Shown: piece after piece, positions 10,027 to 21,993 of the stretch | Numbering within the stretch: the stretch's first letter is position 1 | Layout of the letters: each line of letters starts with the position of its first letter | NCBI RefSeq assembly: GCF_001194135.2 | Contig: NC_068986.1 | Coordinates: 21,089,865 to 21,128,384, forward strand | Origin: Octopus bimaculoides | Taxonomy: Eukaryota | DNA: 38,520 nt | Reading direction: 5' to 3' | Translations under genes and position numbers: made by a program | Notes under the pieces: generated by a model | The model's database searches: none | Told to the model about the DNA's origin: nothing | Seen by the model: only the letters and a program-made list of their open reading frames with translations

Positions 10027-10524
10027 GCACACGCACACACACACACACACACACATAATTAAAAACAGAAGACAACATACATACGTACGTACATATGTAT
10101 GTATGTATGTATGTACGTATGTATGTAGAAAAGCATTTTTAAGAGCCAGCTGTCGACCGCCAACGAGGGTGATTCAGTAACATACACTAGGCTTTCTTTA
10201 ATTGTTTTAAAAGACTATGTAGACATAGACATTCTCTTGAATCTCCCATCCTCTGTTAGACCCACTTCACATCCTGGAGGTGACACGCGAAGGAAGAGAG
10301 AAGTGCACCAGCACTCCGGCTGATGCTCATTCTCAACGAGTAAACTGGAGCAATGTGAAATGAAGTGCTCGAAGACACAAAGCGTACCCGGTGCAGGAAA
10401 AGCTCCTATAATAAAAAAAAAATAAATAAATAGAAAAACTACACTACGAATGAAATGTAAAGTGAACTTACGAGCGCGTGTTCATAAACACACATATAGA
10501 TTTGCTATGCAGTATTACACTATG

Positions 10525-10965
10525 GAGTGTTTATTGAGCGAAGACACCTTAAGCTCTACGAGGCTCCAGCAAGGGTTGGTGGTGAACCCTGCTGTACTCT
10601 CTAACCACAACTTTCAATCTTTCTTCCTGTTTCTGTTGTACCTGTATTTCGAAGGGCTAGCCTTGTCACAGTGTGTTACGCTAAATCTCCCCGAGAACTA
10701 CGTTATGGGTTTCAGGTATCTGTGGAGTGCTCAGCTACTTACACGTTAATTTCACGAGCAGGCTTATCTCTTTATTATAGGCATAAAGCCTCAAAGAAGA
10801 GGGGACATCACAAGGACAGACAATACAAACGTGGGGTACATAAAAGGTATCGAATGTAATATGAATACGATGAATAAGGAATGAATGAATGCAATGGCTT
10901 ACCCACTCACCGTTCCCTCGATCGGAACAACTGCACCCTCGTCGTCGTAACCGACGAAGTGCCAC
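10525..10965 (+). mobile_element. 5'-truncated family B SINE split by a 147-bp insertion (10765-10911)
   Basis: Collinear with 5810-6100; ...cacgagcaggct|insert|gttccctcgatcgg... Confidence 0.85.
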
Positions 10966-12006
10966 GATTACACTATAAATACTTTAGTTTATTATTTTCT
11001 CTCTGAGCGTGATTGTATAACTGATTCCTGATAAAACACTAACAAATGCCAAAACTAGTTAGACTGGTATGTTTTTCCGGCCACTGAGAGAATAAACTTT
11101 TCGCTTTACCATAGTCTCAAATATTTGACAGAAAAGACGAAGTATGCGCTTCCTCAAAACACATGACTGCAGTTTTAATNNNNNNNNNNNNNNNNNNNNN
11201 NNNNNNNNNNNNNNNNNNNNNNNNNNNNNNNNNNNNNNNNNNNNNNNNNNNNNNNNNNNNNNNNNNNNNNNNNNNNNNNAAATGGGAACGAGACTATAAT
11301 GCCAGTATGTATATATAATTCCCTTTCAATAACCATGTCTGCTTTAATATAAATAGATATAATAGTGAGATATAGTTCAGTCTGTTGGAAGCAGAATTAG
11401 TTGAGTTTTTCGTTAGTTTACTTTAATCCAGGATAAAGCAACGAGAAGTTATTTCAAGGTATTCTCCTCTGGAGTTATAAATATATTAGGACCAGGTCTT
11501 CTGTGGCGCTACGAACAATGTAATATATTTTATGTCAATATAACTTACTTGCTATATGTCAGTATAACTTAATTAGTTTCAGCTAAGATTCCCTTTTAGA
11601 TAGTAACAGATACCACTTTACAGTGTTATTTTGTTTTTATAAACAGACATCTGTCCACCATCTTTTAAGCTTCAGTCACACATTATGACGATATTACAAC
11701 CAATGAAAATTTACTCCAGTTTCGAGTTACATGTTGAGACAAAACCATTATTTTCTTAAGCTAGATAGAGAAGCGTTTCGAAATGCTAGGATTAAATGTG
11801 ATGAGCTGTTGTTTTCTTTCCGAAACAGGATACTTGACCGATGACTCGTGGAATACCTCGTAAAAATTTTTTTCGGCAAGCTGTGGTTAAGTTTTTTTTC
11901 TTAAATCTTAAGAGCCCAGTTGACTGTCGCTTATTTCCGGCATTTCGAAACGTTACTATATAAAATCAGACATATCTCCATAGATAGGAAACTAGTCTTC
12001 TAAGCT

Positions 12007-12338
12007 GTGAGGGCGCGTGGTTTAGTGGTTAGGGCATTCGACTCACGATCGTAAGGTCGTGAGTTCAATACCCGGCGACGCGTTGTGTCCATGAGCAAAA
12101 CACTTTATCTCACATTGCCTCAGTCCACTCAGCTGGCAAAAATGAGTAGTACCTGTATTTCAAAGGGCCGGCCTTGTCACGCTATGTGTCACGCTGAATC
12201 TCCCTGAGAACTACGTTAGGGGTACACGTGTCTGTGGATTGCTCAGTCACTTGCACGTTAATTTCATTAGCAGGCTGTTTCGTTGATCGTATCAGCTGGG
12301 ACCCTCGTCGTCGTAATCGACGGAGTGCTCCTTTCTTC
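12007..12338 (+). mobile_element. Full-length family B tRNA-derived SINE with 13-bp TSD
   Basis: A-box TGGTTTAGTGG, B-box GAGTTCAATACC; TSD AGTCTTCTAAGCT at 11994-12006 and 12339-12351. Confidence 0.93.
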
Positions 12339-12710
12339 AGTCTTCTAAGCTAGTTTTTTTGTTTTGTTTTGTTTTGTTTTTACCCTGTCTGAGAAGCTGA
12401 GATCAGTATTACAAACCAATTACGTACATGTCAGTCTTAAAGCAGTGCTGTTGCTTCAGTGGCGAATCATACCACCCTAAATACATACTTAGAATTTGAT
12501 AGACTGGGCCATTGAGAGTTCAATTTCTTACAAGCAAACATAACATAAATCGAATAAAAAATTCAAATCCCTAGTTGCTTGGTTGATCAGCAAATTTATA
12601 CTGCTTCCTAAAAAGTTAATCTTGTGTTTAACTCAAAGAAATCTATTCTTTTACGGACATGATGCATAAGTAGTGAAGTCATATATATATATATATAAAA
12701 ATATATATAT

Positions 12711-12741
<31 letters not shown>

Positions 12742-12742
<1 letters not shown>

Positions 12743-12860
12743 GGGAGAATTTACGAAAAAAACAACAACAGACGAGGACAGGTGGTGTAAACAACAAAAG
12801 GATGTATTAGTTTAACGCTCGGGAATAGAGAAAGTCTTTACCGTTTCGAGCTACGCTCTT
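12742..12860. mobile_element. Interspersed repeat fragment, possibly a Penelope-like terminus
   Basis: Ends ...gtctttaccgtttcgagctacgctctt, resembling the ACGTTTCG terminal motif I recall from Penelope-like elements; truncated by a gap. Confidence 0.3.
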
Positions 12861-13387
12861 NNNNNNNNNNNNNNNNNNNNNNNNNNNNNNNNNNNNNNNN
12901 NNNNNNNNNNNNNNNNNNNNNNNNNNNNNNNNNNNNNNNNNNNNNNNNNNNNNNNNNNNNNNNNNNNNNNNNNNNNNNNNNNNNNNNNNNNNNNNNNNNN
13001 NNNNNNNNNNNNNNNNNNNNNNNNNNNNNNNNNNNNNNNNNNNNNNATATATATATATATATGTATGTATGAAGATACGGACAGAAGATAAGACAGAAAA
13101 GAAGTTGTAAAATTGCAAACCATATTCGAACACTGCAACCGCTGTAAACTGTATAGTTTTGCTAACCACAGTACCAATGCAACGTTACAGTCCATAAGCG
13201 TTCAAATAAAACAAATGAGCTGACTTCGATTACATAGTTACGATGAGATGCTGAGAGATATTTACACATCCGCGCGTATGTGTGTATGTATGTATGTGTG
13301 TGTGTATTGTATGTGTGTGTGTGTGTGTGTGTGAAAGACGAATAGATATTTCTACTAGACCTAGTAATTACATAGGTTTCTATTGTT

Positions 13388-13610
13388 GTTGTCGATGTTG
13401 TTTAGCCGCAGCCCAATCCTGATCGAACAGAATTATGACCACCGAAACTCCAGTCTTGACGATTCCGCCTTTTATTTAGATGCAATATATCTCGGGGTAC
13501 ATTACCCAACGTGTGAATTCTAAAAAAATGTGTAGGGCATGATTTGAGGAAGCTTTGGCTGCAATTTTTACTAAGAAGAGTAACTACGTAAAAATTCCTC
13601 TTTGACTCGT
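13388..13610 (+). mobile_element. Family F interspersed repeat (diverged)
   Basis: gttgtttagccgcagcccaatcctgatcgaacag...gatttgaggaagctttggctg. Confidence 0.7.
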
Positions 13611-13761
13611 GCTGTCTTCAGGAGGTTACAATGAACGTATGTTCAGGAACAAACTCAAACGTCATTCCTTTGTAAACTAATCTGTAGCGCTCAAATATTT
13701 TAAGATCTACTTAAGACAGTGATCTGGACAAAAGCATTTCGAAAATGGTTAAAAAGAATGA

Positions 13762-14282
13762 TTTCTGATATAGACACAAGGCGAGTAATTTTAGGGAGAA
13801 AGGGTTAGTTGATACCACTCACCGCTACTTCATTCATTGACCCCAGAGAGAAAAACGATAAAGTTGAGCTCGGCGAGATTTGAACTTTGAATCTAGAGAG
13901 CCGGAATTTTTTCCCACACTCTAACGACTCTACCAGCTCATTACCCTACAACTGAACTATAGTTTCTGATATAAACACAAGGCCAGCAAATTTGAGAGCA
14001 GGGCTTAGTCGATACCATCGCCCCCAGTACTTCACTGGCACTCTTATTGATCGACACCCCCCCCCCCCCCNNNNNNNNNNNNNNNNNNNNNNNNNNNNNN
14101 NNNNNNNNNNNNNNNNNNNNNNNNNNNNNNNNNNNNNNNNNNNNNNNNNNNNNNNNNNNNNNNGTTGAGATGAAAGTCAAAGTTGGTCCTATTTGAATTT
14201 GAACTCAGAACACAGAGGGCCGAAATGAATACTGCAAAGCTTTTTTTCCAATATTCCAATTACTTTGCCATTTCACCGCTTT
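13762..14282 (-). mobile_element. Two diverged family A SINEs in tandem (13762-13940; 13960-14282 with an internal gap)
   Basis: Each has acacaaggc...agtcgat...tttgaact. Confidence 0.75.
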
Positions 14283-14752
14283 ATTGGGTGGTATTAATGA
14301 AATATAATGCATAGGCCCTGTAAAAAAAAAAAAGAAAAGGGATGAACACGTTCTCTGATAAAGATTACATCAGAATATTTTGTAACATAATAAAGATTTA
14401 CAGAAAACACTTAAGGTAAATCTGTTAAGATAGGAATTAAAATGAAATTATTACTTAAAATATAATGCTGTGTAGCCTCTATCTATCTATCTATCTATCT
14501 TCCTCTAATTGTGCTAGAGAAACTATGTACTTTGTTGAGAGATTTAAGATGAAATTTATGTATTTAAGTATAATGCCCTATAGTTCCACTCTCTTCTCCC
14601 TCTTTCTGTGTGTGTGTGTGCATGTATGTGTGTGTCGTAATAATTGCACTATTGAAAACGAAGCCTTATCATTAATAATAGCAAAAATAGCAGTCATGAC
14701 AATAACATATCAAGGCCTCAGAATAGCAATTGCAGCATTAACAGCAGTTAAA

Positions 14753-14798
<46 letters not shown>

Positions 14799-15044
14799 TG
14801 TTTGTGTGTGTGTTTTGTGTGGAGAGAGGTCTAAATGTAGCGAGTTTGGAAATAGATTAAATCGATAAGAAAGGAATTCTCCAAGAAGACTAATTATTCC
14901 ATAGATATTTATAAATTTATAATAAGCTCATCCCGCACAACTTCTAATCTATTTATCCTGAGATCGTTGTTCTTGTTGTTGTTATTATCATCGTGGATAA
15001 CTTTATTGTTCCTCTAACTTATTTTTAGTAGTAATTATTTCTAA

Positions 15045-15180
15045 CTCCCCGTATTTTGGGGGGAATTGAACAGTCGATAATACTGGACCCAGTACATAAA
15101 TGGTATTTTTTTATCGATCCTGGTAGAACGAAACGTAAAGTCGACAGCGGTGGGATCTGAGTTCAGATAGTAAAGCGACA
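15045..15180 (-). mobile_element. Diverged family A SINE fragment
   Basis: cagtcgataatactggacccagtaca...aaagtcgac...gagttcaga. Confidence 0.6.
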
Positions 15181-15316
15181 TAAGTGATTACAATAGATCA
15201 GTTGATGTTGGTCCTTTACCCTCTCATTTCCGCACGCCTACGAATCTAAGGTAACTTATGTAGCTGTCATTGGGTTGAACTATGTCCGCTCTTGTCAACA
15301 ATTTTAGCTTTCTCAT

Positions 15317-15420
15317 TAATAGTACATGAGGTTATCTATAAATTAATAGTGCAAGAAGTGATCGCCTGATATTTTCCGTAATAGTGCAATGAGTAATCTA
15401 GCAATCCCCATAATAGTGCA
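15317..15420 (+). repeat. Four copies of the 10-mer TAATAGTRCA separated by unique spacers
   Basis: Starts at 15317 (TAATAGTACA), 15344, 15379 and 15411 (TAATAGTGCA). Confidence 0.85.
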
Positions 15421-15511
15421 GGCGATATTCTCTTATCAAATCCTGTCGATGTAAATTCATTTCATATACACCTCTAATTTCATTAATTAAAACATATGGC
15501 TATACTGCGGT

Positions 15512-16300
15512 GCTTTTAGTCCACTCCATATCCTAACCAACACTATTAGAAGACGAGACCAACGAGAAGGTCCGTTAGTATTGTTGTTATTGTTACACTT
15601 AGTTGTATCTATTATTATTATTTGGAAGTGGTAAGGCGGCGAGCTGGCAGAATCGTTAGCACCCCGGGCGAAATGCTGAGCGGTATTTTTTCTGCCTTTA
15701 CGTTTCTAAGTTCAAATTCCGCCGAGGTTCACTTTGCCTGTCATCCTTTTAAGGCTGATAAAATAAGTACCAGTTGAGCACTGGGTCGATGTAATCTCCC
15801 TAAATTACTGGTATTGTGCCAAAACTTGAAACCAATAGTCCTTTCTATTAAAAGCACAAGGCTGAGTTCGAATTCCGCCGAGGTCGACCTTGCCTCTCAG
15901 AGTCAATAAATTAAGTATCAGTTCAGTACTGGTGTCGATCTAATCAACTGCCCTCTCTCCCAAAATTTCAGGCCTTGTGCTTTTAATAGAAAGGACTATT
16001 GGTTTCAAGTTTTGGCACAATACCAGTAATTTAGGGAGATTACATCGACCCCAGTGCTCAACTGGTACTTATTTTATCAGCTCCGAAAGGATGACAGGCG
16101 AAGTCGACCTCGGCGGAATTTGAACTTAGAGACGTAAAGGCAGAAAAAATTCCACTAAGCATTTAGCCAGCTCGCCGCCTTCACACGTGGATATATTGTG
16201 GAGCTTTTTGTCCGCTCCATGTCCAACCCAACACTATTAAAAGTTGAGACTATCTAGAATGGTTGTTGTTATTTATGCTATTGTTGCAGCTAGTTGTATC
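15512..16300 (+). repeat. Diverged direct repeat pair (15512-15609 and 16203-16300)
   Basis: 40/48 identity over 15512-15559 vs 16203-16250, plus TAGTTGTATC at identical spacing. Confidence 0.85.
15633..16181. repeat. Fold-back inverted repeat built from family A SINE sequence
   Basis: 15754-15862 is the reverse complement of 15972-16081 except for one C indel. The arms extend with shared private variants to 15633 and 16181. The 109-bp spacer is a partial SINE. Confidence 0.92.
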
Positions 16301-16847
16301 AATTACCATTATTAATAATTGTTATTAGGCATTAACCTATTAACTGCCAAATGTTTTTATTCATATTTTTTGGCTTTACCAGGTGTCTTAGGAATTAAAA
16401 TAATATATAGTATTTAAATTTTCTTCATATGTGAATTATTTTGGAAACAATGATAAATTTCAAATGAGGATCGCTGAAATAAAATCATATTTATCTTTTT
16501 CTATTCAGTTGCAATAATAAACATTTCAGCTTTTATTTTATTTTATTTTGCTTTTTGAAACTATAGTATCAAATGAGAGTGTGTATGAAATATCAATGAA
16601 TGATATGAATGTGAAATGCAAAAAAAAAAAAAAGTTTTCAAAATAGTCAATATTTTTGTAGTTCAAAATATTGCGATTTATAACAATTTCCTCTGGAAAT
16701 TAGCCAGAGCTAAAAATGACAAACTACTAAATATTGTTAAACACACCTCTGAAAATGCAATGTACGTAAGCAATTCACTTTAAATACAAGGAACAACTGG
16801 CAGTGAAACTGTTTTTAGCAGTTCCCCAAATAGGGCTCATGGCAGGC

Positions 16848-17965
16848 AATGGGTTAAGCTGGCAGAATTGTTAGTGCGTCGTACAAAATGCTTCGCGGCA
16901 TTTCTTCTGACTTTTTATCTTCTGACTTCAAATGCCTCCAAGGTCGACTATCTTTCACCTTTACGAGGTCGATAAAATAAATATCAGTCGAGCACTAGGG
17001 TCTATGTTATCGATTGTCCTCTCCCCCACAATTTCAAGCCTTGTATCTTTAGTAGAAAGAAAGAATTATTAATTCATTACAAGGCGACAAGCTAGCCGAA
17101 TTGTTAGTGCGTCGAAGAAAAAATGCTTAGAGGTATTTTTTTCGATTATTTATGCTCTAAGTTCAAATTCAGCTGAGGTCAATTTTCATCCTTTTGAGTT
17201 CGATAAAATAAAGTACAAGTCAAGTACTCGGTTCGATGGTAATTGACTTACCCCCACCTCCTCTAAAATTCTAACCTTATGCCAAAATTACAAAGGTCTG
17301 GCAGAGTCATTACAGCGTGGGAAAAAATGTTTTGTAGCACTTGTTCCGGCTCGTTACATTTTGAACTTGAATCTCGCTGGGGATTCAACTTCGCCTTTCA
17401 AACCTCCGGAGTCGTTACAGTAAAGTACAGGTCAAGTACTGGAGGCAATGACATTGACTAATGTTTTTCCGCAAAATTTCAGGTCTTGTCTCTATACTGA
17501 TTTCAAGTTTTGGCACAAGGTCAGTAATTTCGGGGTAGGAATTACATCGATTACATCAACCTCCAGTGATCAACTGGTAATTATCTTTTTTCGAAAGACA
17601 AAGTCAATCTCCGTGGAATTTGAACTCTGAACAGACAGACGAAATGCCGCAAAGCATTTTGGCCGCCCTGCTAATGCTTCTAACAGCTGGCAACCTTAGG
17701 CCTTGTGCCTAGATTCTTTTATTTTTTATTTGTTTCAGTCATTTGACTGCGGCCATGCTGGAGCACCGCCTTTAGTCGAACAAATCGAAATGCTTAGTAG
17801 TATTTCGTCTGTCTTTACGATCTGAGTACAAATTCCGCCGAGTTCGACTTTACCTTTCATCCTTTCGAGGTCGATAAATTAAGTACCAGTTCCGTACTGG
17901 GGTCGATCCAGTCGACTGCCCCCTATCCCAAAATTTTGGGCCTTGTGCCGTGGGTAGAAAAGAAT
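16848..17965. mobile_element. Cluster of five family A SINEs (+16848-17055, +17080-17290, +17295-17490, -17495-17697, +17788-17965) and a short unrelated repeat fragment (about 17728-17787)
   Basis: Repeated head/B-box/tail motifs at differing divergence. Confidence 0.85.
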
Positions 17966-18311
17966 ATTGAAAACTTACACACGTGAATGTGTGAAAAACA
18001 AAATAGGGATTTTGAAAGAAATATCTATGAAACTAGCTTCTAAACATTGAATGGCTATCGGGTGGGGGGGTGTCTATCAGAATAAAATAATAATTAAAGG
18101 GTTCCATAGATGAAAAATAAAGTGGTTGGGAATTCCTGCATTAAAACATGTAACATAGGCCCAATCAGCATGTAGGGCTTTTTGGTGGGGCAATGCGTCA
18201 TATGTGCCACCATATACGTCACCTGTCAAGTAACGGAATCGATGAAATTGCCTAAGGCCCTTTCCTCTTAATAAATGCTGGCCTTGTCTCTAAATACGAA
18301 GTATCATTGCT

Positions 18312-18460
18312 ATTGTTGTTTAGCTTCAAGTCAACTCTGAGGAAATATGATTAGAAGAGCTCCAGCTATGACCATCCCGTTCTATTGCATAACTATGACT
18401 ACATTAACTGATGTATTCTTTTATTAAGATTCCAGGGAGTGATTTGAAGGTATTTTCTTA
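18312..18460 (+). mobile_element. Family F repeat (diverged)
   Basis: gttgtttagcttcaagtcaactctga...ccagctatgaccatcccgt...gtgatttgaagg. Confidence 0.65.
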
Positions 18461-18614
18461 CATGCCTACCTATCTACAGCCAGGTGGATTGGGCTATTTT
18501 GTCCCAACCACTGACATAACGAAGTGCTTCGGGCAGAGTGCGAACCTCCGACCATTCGGCTGAATGTTCACCACTATATCCATTAGGCTATCAACAATCT
18601 TAATCCACCTTTCA

Positions 18615-18770
18615 GTCTCCGTTAGTTTCTCTTCACCAAATTTCACTCACAAAGCTTTGACAGAACTTAGGCTATGGCAGAAGACACCTCTCCAAGATAT
18701 AATCCAGATCAAACCCGGAATCACGTTATTGTAATGTGAGCTTCTTAACCACACAACCATTCTGGTGCCC
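18615..18770 (-). mobile_element. Family E SINE (diverged)
   Basis: caccaaatttcactcacaaagcttt...gaagacac...cttcttaaccacac. Confidence 0.7.
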
Positions 18771-18971
18771 ATTATATTTAATCATATTCTAGTTTGGTTC
18801 TCATTCTACCGCTACTTTCGAATGAATATACTTTTAACCAAGATATATCACTATATATTTTAGTATGTTAAGTATCGGACGCGCTTGTGAGTGAAATTTC
18901 CTAGTGTGTTGTACCTGTAGCAAAATCCGTAATTTAGTTACTCAACCCTTGGCCTTCATGTCCACTCCACT

Positions 18972-19004
18972 CTCTCCGTCTCTCTCTCTCTCTGTCTCTT
19001 TCTG

Positions 19005-19083
<79 letters not shown>
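18972..19083. repeat. (CT)n tract
   Basis: Read directly. Confidence 0.97.
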
Positions 19084-19084
<1 letters not shown>

Positions 19085-20427
19085 AAAATATGTGGCAATT
19101 CACTGTTTTAACAGCAGCAGTAGAATTGTTAATTATTTCATTAATTTGCAGTGTTCAGTTCAATCGCGCTCGCAGCGAAAGCTATTTACTGCAGACCGCT
19201 ATACTAGTCAGTCAAATATATGTCTCACGTTTGCTGAACGCTGCAACATTTGTTTGAATTAAGAATTAGATTTAACTAATACATATTTTATCGACCTTAA
19301 ATGGATAAATGACGATGCTTTAATCTCTTTGTCTTTACGTTATATCCCGCATTCAGTTGCAGCTTTGAATCGGTCCAAAGTTCGCTATGTCAGACTAGCA
19401 ATGTACCAATTTTATATAATGTAGAAATTTTGAATTCTATGGAAACTTTATTAAATTCTGTGTGTAGTAGACTGAATAATGCATACAGAAATGAAAAATT
19501 GTTCTCTCAGAATTATTGCCAAAATTCAAATGTCATTATTTTGATGGTGATTGAAGTGGTGTTTTTGTTGTTGTTGTTGGCGTTGTTGAAGTATAAGACT
19601 GTGTACATGTATTCGACTGTTTTTAGTTCTTGTTGCTGGTATAAATTACCATCTCTCTGCTTAATCGTTCTACTGACTTATCTTTCATGCGTGCGTCAGG
19701 ACTTGAAGTGTGTCGAGACGTTTAATGAACAGGACACAATAGGTAGTTTACAAATGAAGAGCAGAACTATATATATATATATATATATATGACTGTCGTA
19801 ACAGTTTATTGCTATGACAGCCATGGATAAGAGGATGGATGAACAGATAACAGAATTAAGCTTATAGATATATCATGTCATACACAGACATCATGTTACA
19901 TTTGTCTTTCTAAACAATGCAAAATTCATATCTGCTTTCTCCAGCCATAATGCCGATTCAATAAAATAATATAGTCACTGTTGCGGCCGCAGATATCAGT
20001 GTCCAGTTAAGAATTTCAGTTCGCAGCCACGTAGTTTGTTTCGATTCTACAGCTCAGTAAGTTGAGTACTCAGTAAATGAGTACTATCTACCATTATCTT
20101 GGACTGAGAGATACCACATGACGGAATTTAGAAAGCTGTAACTATCGTTTATATATGTGTATGTGCATGTGATTATGTATGCATGTGTGTGTATGTCGTA
20201 CATATGTAAGTATGAAATAAAACAGGAAAAATTGTTTATAAGATATTTAGATACACCGCCTTACGTATATTTCATGAACAAAAATTGTTATTGCATACAT
20301 AAGGTAAATATCACATTCAAAATATGTTGACAAATCTTCAGAGACTTGTAACATTATAGGATTAATTGGTGACAGAAATAACCCTTGGTGGAATAGCAAA
20401 CATACAACACCGCTCATAGAATGATAT

Positions 20428-20760
20428 TAGTTTCAAATTCTGGCCACAAGACCAGCAATTTCGGGGAGTAAGATAAGTCGAATACATCGACCCGCAATGC
20501 TCAACTAATACTTATTTTATCGACACCCGAGAGGATGAAAGGCAAAGTCAACCATGGTGGAATTTGAACTCAGAACATACAGACGAACCAAATGCCGCTA
20601 AGCATTCAACCCAGCGTGCTGACGCTTCTGCCAGCTCGCCGCCTGAACTTATAAAAGAATCCTTTCTACTATAGGCACAAGGCCTGAAATTTGTGGGAGG
20701 GGTATAGTCGATTGCATCGACCCCAATACTTAACTGGTACTTTATTTATCGACCTCGAAA
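20428..20760 (-). mobile_element. Two family A SINEs in tandem (20428-20645 full; 20655-20760 3' half)
   Basis: The full copy ends in gccagctcgccgcc (head, reverse complement). Confidence 0.88.
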
Positions 20761-21577
20761 TTTGATGAAATAAAATCAAGTACGTGACAATGAAGAAATA
20801 TTTAGGAAGTCAACCTGTGTGAAATAACAGTCGAATCACCTTAAAATTATACATTACGCTCTTACAGAATGAGCTGAAAATTAGTAACCCCTTTGCATGC
20901 CCTATGTAGCACGTGATACATTGGATATATTTCCCTGGCATCTATACATCATATACGATAAGCATTCCTAATTTTTATATCACTAAATAAAATTGGAATT
21001 TATGAAGGAAAATCTTTATATTACTCAGAACGTATGAAACAAAGAATTACTAAAAGGCCGAAAACAAGCATGGTCGTTTGGGACAAACTTATGAAAATTC
21101 TTTGGACGGGCAAATTAGTTAATATAGTTGTACCTATCCCAAACGACGTGATGGTCATGACTGGAATACCTTTAATCATGGGATTTTCTCGACCGGGGGC
21201 TAAACAACAATAACAGAGAAATATAAAGCCAGACAAGAGAAAAGAAATCCTTCTTTGTCGATTATGTTCTATCAGTCAAAATTTCAATATTTTCCACGCT
21301 TATGACGTCATTAGGCAAACTCCATTCGTCACTCAAAACAATGGTTGAGTTGTTGGTAAATTGCTTCTCACGAAACATTTTCTCAGGAAGTGTAAAGAAG
21401 AACGATTGTAAAAATAAGTCATTCTCAGAAGTTGTCTGTGAGACCAAAACACTCGATTCTTTTATTTTTCGTTAATTACATACATCAAAATTGAAACACA
21501 TACAAATACAAGCACTCATGCAGATAAATAATGTATGAATGTGTATCTATCCGTCTGTGGATGTGATATTTATATGC

Positions 21578-21628
<51 letters not shown>

Positions 21629-21943
21629 ATGTTCGTATGCGTGTGGGGTGGTATGTATGTATAACATGATGTTTTACCGGTTGACTATAGTAAATTTGTT
21701 TCATCAAGAATTATAAAGTGCTTCATTGTCTTTGGACCATTATTGGAATGTGTAAGGAACTGTACCAAACGCTATCTAATTAATACAGCACCAAAAATCT
21801 TGCGAGTAAACTATAAAAAGTAAAGGAAAAAGAAAACAGTACAATTTTACTTAAATTTTGAATTAGTACATTTCCTGTTGTTATTTAAAGAAATAATTAT
21901 CGTATTTTTCATATTACAGTTGCTGAAAGAAAGACGGCAGAAA

Positions 21944-21982
<39 letters not shown>

Positions 21983-21993
21983 GTAATAATAAT

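Noticed and set aside
12010-12080. tRNA-like sequences with A and B boxes (also 5743, 15633, 31403, 37170-37230)
   Set aside because: They are SINE heads: no complete cloverleaf, and they continue into repeat bodies with TSDs.
15317-15420. CRISPR-like repeat-spacer appearance
   Set aside because: The repeat is only 10 bp, spacers are 17-25 nt, the context is eukaryotic and there are no cas genes; kept only as a motif cluster.
21262-21447. Open frames on both strands of unique DNA
   Set aside because: No recognisable homology and no donor; the adjacent ORF 21021-21236 is partly family F repeat.
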